A DNA stretch of 64,000 nucleotides, from positions 19,961 through 83,960 of the forward strand of contig DKDC01000001.1 in NCBI GenBank assembly GCA_002451695.1, given 5' to 3'. Source of the DNA: Prevotellaceae bacterium UBA6858 (GTDB lineage Bacteria > Bacteroidota > Bacteroidia > Bacteroidales > Bacteroidaceae). Below are positions 20,271 through 28,562 of the stretch, one piece after another. The position numbers and the translations under genes were made by a program. Numbering within the stretch: position 1 is the stretch's first letter; each line of letters starts with the position of its first letter. The notes under the pieces were generated by a model. The model did not search any database and was not told the DNA's origin. It saw nothing but the letters and a program-made list of their open reading frames with translations.

Positions 20271-20534
20271 GTTTGCAAGCGGCTGAAAAAGGTCTGACGT
20301 AGTTTAAATTATGTCTGATACAATTTTTCCTACATCGGACATAGTTTTTCCTACATCAAATGTAGTTTTCGCGCTATTTTGAAAAGAGTGATTATTTTCT
20401 GTTTTGCGCGAAATGTAGGGGCGTATGGCATACGCCCTTCACACCACCGCATGAACCGCACCGCAAACCATCACAACATCATTACAAATTGGCGCAATCC
20501 AGGGCGTATTGCATACGCCCCTACGGCGGTGCAA
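20271..20534 (+). repeat. Composite intergenic repeat, copy 4 (most complete: module A + long module B with two palindromes)
   Basis: Units at 20291-20374. Palindromes GTAGGGGCGTATGGCATACGCCC (20415-20437) and GGGCGTATTGCATACGCCCCTAC (20502-20524), bracketed by TTGCGCG... / ...GGCGGTGCAA. Confidence 0.95.
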
Positions 20535-20813
20535 GTATTTGACAAATTGCGCTTTGAGCGTTTGTAATTTGTATGGCACAGTCCATACTACGGCACAAAT
20601 TACTGAATTATTGGAAAACACGGCTTATTATTGCGCCATAAGACGGAATGTCAAAATCATTGCATATGATATTGCGTCCAAAAACGGCGGCATTATGTTT
20701 TGCACCTGTCAAATTGCAACGGAGGGCGACCATATTTATTCTGAACTTTTGAAACCTTTACCTTTTCAAAAGCATTTTATTTTCAGAAATACCGCCATTA
20801 AACCAACTTTTTG

Positions 20814-20821
20814 TATATTTG
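20814..20821 (+). promoter_or_regulatory. -7 promoter box TATATTTG upstream of gdhA
   Basis: Exact TAnnTTTG, 39 nt upstream of the gdhA ATG. Confidence 0.55.
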
Positions 20822-20859
20822 CAGCACGATATGGAATATTAACAAACGAGTAACTTAAA

Positions 20860-22194
20860 ATGAAATCAAGCGAAGTTATTGAAAACCTAAAACGCCGTTA
20901 TCCGGGACAGCCGGAATACATTCAGGCTGTATCGCAGGTGCTTCCCACAATCGAGGAGACCTACAACCAGCACCCCGAGTTCGAGAAGTCAAACCTCATA
21001 GAGCGTCTCTGCATCCCCGACCGCATCTACCAGTTCCGTGTAACATGGGTTGACGACAAGGGCAAGGTTCAGACCAACAACGGCTACCGTGTGCAGCACA
21101 ACAACGCCATCGGTCCCTACAAGGGCGGCATCCGCTTCCACTCTTCCGTGAACCTCGGCATATTGAAGTTCCTTGCATTTGAGCAGACATTCAAGAACTC
21201 CCTCACCACCCTCCCCATGGGCGGCGCAAAGGGCGGCAGCGACTTCAGCCCGCGCGGCAAGAGCAACGCCGAAATCATGCGCTTCTGCCAGGCTTTCATG
21301 ACCGAGCTTTGGAGAAACATCGGTCCCAACACCGATGTTCCCGCCGGCGACATAGGCGTGGGCGGACGCGAAGTGGGATATATGTTCGGTATGTACAAGA
21401 AGCTCACTCACGAGTTCACCGGCACATTCACAGGCAAGGGTCTTGAATTTGGCGGCTCGCTCATCCGCCCAGAGGCAACCGGCTACGGAAACGTTTACTT
21501 CATGCTCGAAATGCTCAAGACAAGGGGCATCGACGTCAAGGGCAAGACCGTTTGCGTGAGCGGTTCGGGCAACGTGGCGCAATACACCGTTGACAAGCTC
21601 ATCGACCTCGGCGCGAAAGTTGTTACCCTCTCCGACTCCGACGGCTACATATACGACCCCGACGGCATTGACCGCGAAAAGTGGAACTACGTAATGGAAC
21701 TCAAGAACATCGAGCGCGGCCGCATTCGCGAATACGCCGAGAAATACGGCGTCAAGTACGTTGCCGGCGCACGTCCTTGGGGCGAGAAATGCGACATCGC
21801 GCTCCCCTCCGCAACACAAAACGAAATTGACGGCGATGACGCACGCAAGTTGGTTGAGAACGGCGTGATTGCAGTGAGCGAAGGCGCGAACATGCCGAGC
21901 ACACCCGAAGCTATCAAGGTGTTCCAGGATGCCAAGATACTCTACTCTCCGGGCAAGGCGGCAAACGCCGGCGGCGTGTCGGTTTCGGGTCTCGAGATGA
22001 CGCAGAACTCCGAACGTCTGAACTGGACGGCAGAAGAAGTTGACAAGAAACTCCACAATATAATGTGCGACATCCACGCTGCGTGCGTGAAATACGGCAC
22101 AGAGCCCGATGGCTACATAAACTATGTTAAGGGCGCAAACGTTGCCGGCTTTATGAAAGTTGCCAAGGCAATGATGGCGCAGGGCATTCTCTAA
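20860..22194 (+). CDS. gdhA: NAD(P)-dependent glutamate dehydrogenase
   Basis: 444 aa. Motifs GGIRFH, LPMGGAKGGSDFSP and VSGSGNVAQY are hallmark GDH sequences. Confidence 0.95.
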   Translation: MKSSEVIENLKRRYPGQPEYIQAVSQVLPTIEETYNQHPEFEKSNLIERLCIPDRIYQFRVTWVDDKGKVQTNNGYRVQHNNAIGPYKGGIRFHSSVNLGILKFLAFEQTFKNSLTTLPMGGAKGGSDFSPRGKSNAEIMRFCQAFMTELWRNIGPNTDVPAGDIGVGGREVGYMFGMYKKLTHEFTGTFTGKGLEFGGSLIRPEATGYGNVYFMLEMLKTRGIDVKGKTVCVSGSGNVAQYTVDKLIDLGAKVVTLSDSDGYIYDPDGIDREKWNYVMELKNIERGRIREYAEKYGVKYVAGARPWGEKCDIALPSATQNEIDGDDARKLVENGVIAVSEGANMPSTPEAIKVFQDAKILYSPGKAANAGGVSVSGLEMTQNSERLNWTAEEVDKKLHNIMCDIHAACVKYGTEPDGYINYVKGANVAGFMKVAKAMMAQGIL

Positions 22195-22218
22195 ACGCAT
22201 CCCCCTACACTTACAATA

Positions 22219-22261
22219 AATCCTCGCGGTTGCAAGCTGCACCCGCGAGGATTGTTTTTTG
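22219..22261 (+). terminator. Rho-independent terminator after gdhA
   Basis: Stem AATCCTCGCGG / CCGCGAGGATT followed by GTTTTTT. Confidence 0.8.
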
Positions 22262-22400
22262 AAAAACGGCAGCCAAGGACAAACTGCATTTCAAAAGCCC
22301 AAGCCCGCGCTTTTCCGCCTCAAAAACGCCTTGCAACAGTTGTCATGTCTCCCGAATTTTGTTGTATTTCATGCACAATGCGAAATACAACAAAATTTAT

Positions 22401-22411
22401 GGGGGGGGGGG
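22401..22411 (+). repeat. Homopolymeric G11 tract in the promoter spacer of the BspA-like gene
   Basis: Counted directly (followed by AGGGG). Ends 14 nt upstream of the -7 box. Confidence 0.9.
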
Positions 22412-22425
22412 AGGGGAAATGTGCC

Positions 22426-22433
22426 TATATTTG
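22426..22433 (+). promoter_or_regulatory. -7 promoter box TATATTTG upstream of the BspA-like gene
   Basis: Exact TAnnTTTG, 37 nt upstream of the ATG at 22470. Confidence 0.55.
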
Positions 22434-22469
22434 CATATAACAGCAAAACAAGACAAAACAACTACTATT

Positions 22470-23999
22470 ATGAACAAATCCCAAACTCAAAAACCGAAAC
22501 AAAAACACGCTGCCGGCAAAAAACTTCGCGGTGTGATGCTCGCCCTTCTTCTCTCGACAGTATTCCCTGCAACATCCTATGGCTTTGGCACGGGAATAAC
22601 TTTCGAATACACGCACAATAACACGACCTGCAGATACGAAATCATAAACAGATATCAGCGTTATGTGGAGTTGGACAGATGTCTGAACACAACATTAGGC
22701 AACAATGCCGACCCCGACAAGATAATACTTCCGGAAGTTGTGGAATACGAAGGCACGAAATACGAGGTAAGGTGGATAAACACCGGCGCGTTCCGTGACA
22801 AAACTGATATTGAATGCCTCAAACTTCCCTCCAAAGTAACGGAAATACAACCCTACACTTTCGAAGGCTGTACAGGTCTTAAAGAGGTACAACTGCCCGA
22901 CAGTCTGCGCTGGATTTACTACAACGCCTTCCAAAACTGCTCCTCGCTTGAAAGCATCACTATCCCCCAATATGTACATGCCATCGGACCGAATGTGTTC
23001 AGGGGTTGCCGCAGTCTCAAGTTCGTCGCATTCGCAAAAAAACGGGATGGAACAATAGCAGGCGGAATCAACGAAACAACATTCGACATAAGCGACACAG
23101 ACTCCGACACACCCAAATATCCGAAAACGCTGTACACAAGTTCCTACAGGGTTGCCGAGCTGCAAAGCACCTCCCCCTGGAACCTGTTCGGGGAAGTCAA
23201 GGCTTCAAAAGGATATTATGTCGAGTATATGTGCGAGGGAATAAACGACCTGAACCGCTCCTACATAAATCTTTGGAACACAAAGTTTGGGTCGAGTGGA
23301 AGAGTTTACTTCGACCCAGCCACCTCAACGCTTACGCTCGACAAACTGAAATGCGACTTCAGCAATATTTTCAGCATTATCGAAAACTCAAGAAACTCCG
23401 ACCTTACCATAAAAGTGAAAGGCGACTGCGTTCTTGATTTTGATTCTGACGACGGTGCTGCATTATACCTGACAGCAAACACAATCATAACCAATTACAA
23501 CTCAAGTTCCTCCCTGACCCTCAGACTTGGGGCAAAATCTTCCAGCATAAAGGCAACGGCAAACTCGCAATGCACGCTCAACAACGCAAATATAATTATA
23601 GAAAGCGCACCCAACGCTAACAGTTTCGCATACGGCATAAACGGAGACAACTTGGGAGAACTCAGCATAACAAACAGCGTTGTGCAGATAACGAACACTC
23701 CGGCCAACAGTGCTGCAATCGGCGGCTTCAAATCATTGAAGATTGACGGCTGCGAAATAATCACGCCGCAGAATGCCACAATCGGGGCGAACAACACAAT
23801 ATACGAAAACGGGGCAGCCGCAAAGAAAGTGCTGATAGCCCCCGCCGGACACCCGGTGGGCATTGCCTCCACGAAAAACGGCGCAACGTCCAAACGCGAA
23901 ACCATCTACACGCCCGACGGCGTAAGGCTGACAACGCCATTCAGTATGCTGCCGCGAGGGATTTATATTGTAAACGGAAAGAAAGTGGTGAAGTTATAA
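22470..23999 (+). CDS. BspA-like leucine-rich-repeat surface protein with T9SS C-terminal sorting domain
   Basis: Start set at MNKSQTQKPKQKHAAGKKLRGVMLALLLSTVFPATSYG (signal peptide). BspA-type LRRs (AFxxCxxLxxIxIP). C-terminal ...IYTPDGVRL...RGIYIVNGKKVVKL is CTD-like. Confidence 0.75.
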   Translation: MNKSQTQKPKQKHAAGKKLRGVMLALLLSTVFPATSYGFGTGITFEYTHNNTTCRYEIINRYQRYVELDRCLNTTLGNNADPDKIILPEVVEYEGTKYEVRWINTGAFRDKTDIECLKLPSKVTEIQPYTFEGCTGLKEVQLPDSLRWIYYNAFQNCSSLESITIPQYVHAIGPNVFRGCRSLKFVAFAKKRDGTIAGGINETTFDISDTDSDTPKYPKTLYTSSYRVAELQSTSPWNLFGEVKASKGYYVEYMCEGINDLNRSYINLWNTKFGSSGRVYFDPATSTLTLDKLKCDFSNIFSIIENSRNSDLTIKVKGDCVLDFDSDDGAALYLTANTIITNYNSSSSLTLRLGAKSSSIKATANSQCTLNNANIIIESAPNANSFAYGINGDNLGELSITNSVVQITNTPANSAAIGGFKSLKIDGCEIITPQNATIGANNTIYENGAAAKKVLIAPAGHPVGIASTKNGATSKRETIYTPDGVRLTTPFSMLPRGIYIVNGKKVVKL

Positions 24000-24029
24000 C
24001 GCCACCAACACACAAACTCTCATAAACCA

Positions 24030-24063
24030 ACCGTGTGCGCCGTGAAAGCGCACACGGTTTTTG
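24030..24063 (+). terminator. Rho-independent terminator after the BspA-like gene
   Basis: Stem CCGTGTGCGC / GCGCACACGG followed by TTTTTG. Confidence 0.8.
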
Positions 24064-24256
24064 TTTCATACACACTTCCGCCCGAAACAACAAGCCGCAA
24101 AAAAGAAAGCTACGGTGCAAGAAACACCGTTCCCCACCCCATGCCACTGACAAGTCTTTTCCGAGGCGGCAATCACCGCAAAAAATGTGTAACACATTGA
24201 GTCACAGGAAAATGCTCAAACAAAAGATTTGCGCTATAAGAATTTGTCTTTCAGCG

Positions 24257-24416
24257 GTTTGCAACGGCAGAAAAAAGGTCTGATGTAGTTTGAATTATAT
24301 CTGATGTAATTTTTCCTACGTCCTATGTAGTTTTTCCTACGTCAGAAGTTGTTTTCCCGACTTTGGTTTTGCGTCATTTGCAGGGGCGTATTGCATACGC
24401 CCCTACGGAGGCGCAA
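24257..24416 (+). repeat. Composite intergenic repeat, copy 5 (module A + single 48-bp palindrome)
   Basis: Units at 24277-24360. Palindrome TTGCGTCATTTGCAGGGGCGTATTGCATACGCCCCTACGGAGGCGCAA at 24369-24416. Confidence 0.95.
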
Positions 24417-24454
24417 ATTTTTGATTACATGGTTTTTGTGTCGGCAATGCGCAC

Positions 24455-25531
24455 TTAAATGCGGTTTGTCCTGCTTAAAAGGTAAAAATCGAGCGTTACC
24501 ATTGCCGCCATAGCCTCCACTATCGGCACTGCACGCGGAACTACGCAAGGGTCGTGCCGTCCGCGTGCCGCGATGACGGTGGAATTTCCCTTTATGTCCA
24601 CGGTCTGCTGCTCCACTTTCAGCGTGGGCACCGGCTTGAACGCCACACGGAAATCCACATCGCTTCCGCTCGTTATTCCGCCAAGCACACCGCCGTTATG
24701 GTTTGTTTCCGTTGCCACGCCGCCTTTGCCGTCGGGAACGAAAGCATCATTGTACTGCGTTCCGCGCATTGCCGCCGCACCGAAACCGTCGCCGAGTTCA
24801 AAACCCCTTGCCGCATTTATCGACATGACCGCAAAGGCAAGGGCGGCGTGAAACTTGCCAAACACCGGCTCGCCAAGTCCTGCGGGTACACCCTTTATAA
24901 TGCAGCTTACAATGCCGCCCATTGTGTCGCCATCGCCCAACGCGCCTTTTATCTCGTTTTCCATTTTAACCGCAAGCTCCGCATCCGGGCAGCGCACGTC
25001 GTTTTTCTCTATCTCCTCAACAGAACACCATTTGTATTCATTGCCAAGAGCCACCGCGCCTATCTGCGAGGTGTACGCCCTCACTTCCACGCCAACCTTG
25101 CGCAGGGCGAGTTTTGCAAAAGCACCGGCAACGACCCGCGCTATGGTTTCGCGCGCGCTCTGTCTGCCTCCGCCGCGATAGTCGCGCAAACCGTATTTTT
25201 CCTGATAGGTGAAATCGGCGTGCGAGGGGCGGTAAACGTCCTTCAGTTCCGAATAGTCCTTCGAGCGTTGGTTTTCGTTTCTCACCTCAAAGCCAATCGG
25301 CGTGCCTGTGGTCATGCCCTCGAAAACGCCGGACAGTATCTCCACCTTGTCCGCCTCTTTGCGCGGAGTAGTCAGGCAGCTCTGCCCCGGGCGGCGGCGG
25401 TCAAGCTCGCTTTGGATAAAATCCAAGTCAACCTCTATCCCGGCAGGCATTCCGTCAATCACACCCCCTACCGCCACGCCATGACTTTCGCCAAATGACG
25501 TGAGACGAAAAACATTTCCAAATGTATTCAT
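24455..25531 (-). CDS. aroC: Chorismate synthase
   Basis: [18 protein letters not shown]..., [18 protein letters not shown]. Start set at the conserved MNTFG (25531). Confidence 0.93.
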   Translation of the reverse strand: MNTFGNVFRLTSFGESHGVAVGGVIDGMPAGIEVDLDFIQSELDRRRPGQSCLTTPRKEADKVEILSGVFEGMTTGTPIGFEVRNENQRSKDYSELKDVYRPSHADFTYQEKYGLRDYRGGGRQSARETIARVVAGAFAKLALRKVGVEVRAYTSQIGAVALGNEYKWCSVEEIEKNDVRCPDAELAVKMENEIKGALGDGDTMGGIVSCIIKGVPAGLGEPVFGKFHAALAFAVMSINAARGFELGDGFGAAAMRGTQYNDAFVPDGKGGVATETNHNGGVLGGITSGSDVDFRVAFKPVPTLKVEQQTVDIKGNSTVIAARGRHDPCVVPRAVPIVEAMAAMVTLDFYLLSRTNRI

Positions 25532-25607
25532 TATATATATGGTATCTCTTGCTGCAAATTTAATCAAAAAGTGCGTGTTTTCGGACTTTTCCCGGCGACA
25601 GCAGAGC

Positions 25608-25898
25608 TTATTTGAACATTATGTCGGTAATCACGTCAGCCTTGACATAAGCGTTTATCTTTTCCACAAGCTGCCTGCGCTGCATGAAAAGGTTGTTGCG
25701 CAACGCCGGCGACTGCACCTCGACAAACAAAACCTGGTTGTAAATCCTTATGTTCTGCGTTGCCCGCGCCACGCGCTCACCCACAATCTCGGGCCACGCA
25801 TTCACCGCCCGCGCCTCGTTGAGCGGCGTCTCCAAGCCCTGCGCCCGCAAAAACAACGACACCACATCGCCAATCTGCTCAACGTTCCTTCTTCTCAT
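25608..25898 (-). CDS. DUF721 (DciA-like) protein
   Basis: 96 aa. Start codon overlaps the recF stop (ATGA). Position downstream of recF and the sequence ...[14 protein letters not shown]... fit DUF721. Confidence 0.65.
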   Translation of the reverse strand: MRRRNVEQIGDVVSLFLRAQGLETPLNEARAVNAWPEIVGERVARATQNIRIYNQVLFVEVQSPALRNNLFMQRRQLVEKINAYVKADVITDIMFK

Positions 25899-26992
25899 AG
25901 GCTTATCTCGCCGCCTTTTACATTGAACACCCGGTAATCGCGCTCCGTTGACGCAAGAATCGGGGCGAGCCTCCCGCGGTCGGTGTCGGTTATGAAAATC
26001 TGTCCGAAGTCGTTGCCCGCAACCATATTCACAATCTGCGAAACGCGTGAGGCATCCAACTTGTCAAACAAGTCGTCGAGCAGCAAAAGCGGCACATTTC
26101 CGCTGCCCGAATGGCGGAGCAGGTCAAACTGCGCGAACTTCAGCGCGAGCAGGAAAGACTTGGTCTGCCCCTGCGAACCCTCGTTGCGTATCGGGTATCC
26201 GCCAAGGCACATCTGCAGCTCGTCGCGGTGTATGCCGTGAAGCGAATGGCCTATAATGCGGTCTTTTGCCCGCCCGCCGCGTATGGTTTCCAAAAGCGGA
26301 CCTCTTTGGCAGTGCGAAACGTATGAGAGGGAGGGCTTCTCGGCATCGGCGGAAATCAGCGAATAATACTTCTGGAAAAGCGGAGTGAGCTTTTCGGTGA
26401 GAACAGCACGCGCCATGAAGATTTTCTCCCCCTCCGCAGCCATCTCCTCCTCGTATATGTCGAGCATAGAAGCGTCCGGCTCCGCATCGCCGCGCAGCAG
26501 GGCGTTGCGCTGCTTGAGGGCGCGGTTGTACTTTATGAGGGAGTCGAGGTAAAGCCTGTCGTATTGCGAAATTACTATGTCCATGAACTTCCTGCGCGCC
26601 TCTCCGCCGCCCGTAACAAGCTCGCCGTCGTTCGGCGACACCATGACCAACGGCACAAGCCCTATGTGCTCCGCAAGACGCTTGTACGCCTTTTTGTTCA
26701 AACTGAACTTTTTGCTTTTATGCTGCTTCACGCCGCATGAAACCTCATACTTCCTGCCGTCCTCGTCCTCATATCCGCCCACGGCAACCATATAGTCCTC
26801 GCCGTGCCTCACCGTAAGCGCATCGAGCATTGAGGTGGCGCTGTGGCAAAACGACATATAATATATCGCGTCGAGCACATTGGTTTTTCCCTCGCCGTTC
26901 CTGCCAATAAGACAGTTAATCTTGGGCGAAAACTCCAAGTCGGCGGCGGCAATGTTCCTGTAGTTTATCAAAGACAGCCTGTGAAGTATCAT
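25895..26992 (-). CDS. recF: DNA replication and repair protein RecF
   Basis: Walker A GRNGEGKTNVLDAIY. Signature SQGQTKSFLLALKFAQ. Walker B LLLLDDLFDKLD. Confidence 0.93.
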   Translation of the reverse strand: MILHRLSLINYRNIAAADLEFSPKINCLIGRNGEGKTNVLDAIYYMSFCHSATSMLDALTVRHGEDYMVAVGGYEDEDGRKYEVSCGVKQHKSKKFSLNKKAYKRLAEHIGLVPLVMVSPNDGELVTGGGEARRKFMDIVISQYDRLYLDSLIKYNRALKQRNALLRGDAEPDASMLDIYEEEMAAEGEKIFMARAVLTEKLTPLFQKYYSLISADAEKPSLSYVSHCQRGPLLETIRGGRAKDRIIGHSLHGIHRDELQMCLGGYPIRNEGSQGQTKSFLLALKFAQFDLLRHSGSGNVPLLLLDDLFDKLDASRVSQIVNMVAGNDFGQIFITDTDRGRLAPILASTERDYRVFNVKGGEISL

Positions 26993-27114
26993 ATCATGCA
27001 GTTTCCGTTTGCGAAGTTAGCTGTTTTCCCGCGTCCGAAAAGCGGTTTGTTGCAGAAATCAGCCCAAAAGAGAAAAAAGTGGGGATAAAATTTCACCATT
27101 TAATGCGAAAAGAC

Positions 27115-27122
27115 TAATTTTG
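27115..27122 (+). promoter_or_regulatory. -7 promoter box TAATTTTG upstream of the TPR-ribH operon
   Basis: Exact TAnnTTTG, 41 nt upstream of the ATG at 27163. Confidence 0.5.
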
Positions 27123-27162
27123 TCCCGCCTAACAGCAACAAACATAAAAGAACAACTACAAA

Positions 27163-27843
27163 ATGGCTAATATAAAGACTAACGGTTCAACGGAAATGGC
27201 TGAAGTTTTCAGCCGCTCGGAAGCATTTCTCACCAAGCAGAAAAAGCCCATACTGATTGTTTTGGCGGCTTTGATTGTTGTAATAGGCGGAGGATTGCTT
27301 TACCACAATCTCGTTTCCGTACCGAAAGAAAACAAAGCCTCGACCGCGCTTGCAAAAGGCCAGGAATACTTCTCACAGGGTGATTGGCAGAAAGCCCTCA
27401 ACGGCGACGGTGCGGGTTTTGCCGGCTTTGCAAGCATAGCAAAGCAGTACAGCGGAACCGACGCTGCAAACCTTGCAAAGCTTTATGCAGGTATCGCGCT
27501 CTACAACACAGGCAAGGTGCAAGAGGCACTCAAATATCTTAAAGACTACAGCACAGCCGGCGATGCGATGATTGAGGCAGAGGCTATCGGGGCTATGGGT
27601 GACTGCTACGCCACCCTCGGCCAGAAAGACGAAGCCGTAAACGCTTTCAAGAAAGCGGCAGCAAAGGCTGACAACAACTCCCTAAGTCCCATCTACCTTG
27701 TAAAGGCGGGTGAAGTTCTCGAGTCAGACAGCAAGTTTGACGAGGCTTTGAAGCTTTACCAAGAGGTCAAGGACAAATATGTGCAGAGCGCGATGCAGCA
27801 GGATATTGACAAATACATCGAGCGCGCAACTGTAAAGAAGTAA
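27163..27843 (+). CDS. Membrane-anchored tetratricopeptide-repeat protein (YfgM-like)
   Basis: One N-terminal transmembrane helix followed by TPR-like helices. Located between recF and ribH. Confidence 0.6.
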   Translation: MANIKTNGSTEMAEVFSRSEAFLTKQKKPILIVLAALIVVIGGGLLYHNLVSVPKENKASTALAKGQEYFSQGDWQKALNGDGAGFAGFASIAKQYSGTDAANLAKLYAGIALYNTGKVQEALKYLKDYSTAGDAMIEAEAIGAMGDCYATLGQKDEAVNAFKKAAAKADNNSLSPIYLVKAGEVLESDSKFDEALKLYQEVKDKYVQSAMQQDIDKYIERATVKK

Positions 27844-27856
27844 CTGCAAACAGGCA

Positions 27857-28348
27857 ATGTCGAGTAACGCATTCCAACTCTCCGACAGCGATATGTCTTC
27901 CGTTCCCTGTGGCAAGGGAATGAGAGTGGGTATAGTTGTAGCGGAATGGAATGACACTATAACCAAGGCACTTCTTGAAGGTGCAAAAAACACCCTTAAA
28001 GCCAACGGCGTGCTTCCCGAAGACATTGTGGTGGAGTTTGTTCCCGGCAGTTTTGAGCTGATTTTCGGGTGTTCGCAAATGGCGAAAAAGCACATTGCTG
28101 ACGCAGTAATTGCAATAGGCTGCGTAATCCGTGGCGACACGCCCCACTTCGACTACATTTGCCAGGCTGTGAGCGGCGGCATATCAAATATTAATGTCGA
28201 GGGTGACGTTCCCGTGATATTCGGATTGCTTACCACGAACAGTCAGGAGCAGGCCGAGGAACGTTCAGGGGGAATACTTGGAAACAAAGGCGATGAGTAC
28301 GCCATCACAGCATTGAAGATGGTTGCTTTCGCGCAGAAATATAAATAA
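27857..28348 (+). CDS. ribH: 6,7-dimethyl-8-ribityllumazine synthase
   Basis: [15 protein letters not shown]...VPGSFEL...[15 protein letters not shown]... are canonical RibH motifs. Confidence 0.93.
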   Translation: MSSNAFQLSDSDMSSVPCGKGMRVGIVVAEWNDTITKALLEGAKNTLKANGVLPEDIVVEFVPGSFELIFGCSQMAKKHIADAVIAIGCVIRGDTPHFDYICQAVSGGISNINVEGDVPVIFGLLTTNSQEQAEERSGGILGNKGDEYAITALKMVAFAQKYK

Positions 28349-28361
28349 TCTGGAGATATAA

Positions 28362-28444
28362 GGGCAAATTCCAGAGTGGCCAAATGGGGCAGACTGTAAA
28401 TCTGCTGACGTTCGTCTTCGGTGGTTCGAATCCATCTTTGCCCA
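28362..28444 (+). tRNA. tRNA-Tyr (GTA)
   Basis: Acceptor GGGCAAA/TTTGCCC, anticodon arm GCAGA-CTGTAAA-TCTGC, long variable arm, T-loop GGTTCGAATCC. Near-colinear with E. coli tRNA-Tyr. CCA is not encoded. Confidence 0.92.
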
Positions 28445-28446
28445 CA

Positions 28447-28490
28447 AAACATTCCGTTGAGAACTTATTCTTGACGGAATGTTTGTTTTC
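28447..28490 (+). terminator. Rho-independent terminator after tRNA-Tyr
   Basis: Stem AAACATTCCGT / ACGGAATGTTT followed by GTTTT. Confidence 0.7.
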
Positions 28491-28531
28491 ATATTCCTAC
28501 CGCAAACCACTTTGTTCTCAAAAATATGTTG

Positions 28532-28539
28532 TACTTTTG
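28532..28539 (+). promoter_or_regulatory. -7 promoter box TACTTTTG upstream of the glycosyltransferase gene
   Basis: Exact TAnnTTTG, 24 nt upstream of the ATG at 28563. Supports the shorter start. Confidence 0.5.
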
Positions 28540-28562
28540 ATAATGCAAATACAAAACAGCCA

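Noticed and set aside
20379-20567. Short ORFs lying over the repeat elements, with recurring peptides such as RRGVCNTPLQ, GRIAYAPTAVQ and GVLHTP. Examples are 20379-20567, 24342-24548, 43415-43648, 52154-52435 and 57530-57823.
   Set aside because: They are translations of the conserved palindromes and 21-bp units in arbitrary frames and strands. They lack consistent starts and have no coding-like extension beyond the repeat.
20509-20853. 114-aa ORF upstream of gdhA as a real gene.
   Set aside because: It starts inside repeat copy 4 and runs through an AT-rich promoter region containing the gdhA -7 box. It has no motif or signal and an odd composition.
24184-24198. Perfect 15-bp palindrome AATGTGTAACACATT considered as a dif/Xer site.
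   Set aside because: It lacks the 11-6-11 architecture and the arm sequences I recall for dif. It may simply be a chance palindrome or a regulator site, so it is kept only as context in the strand-switch finding.
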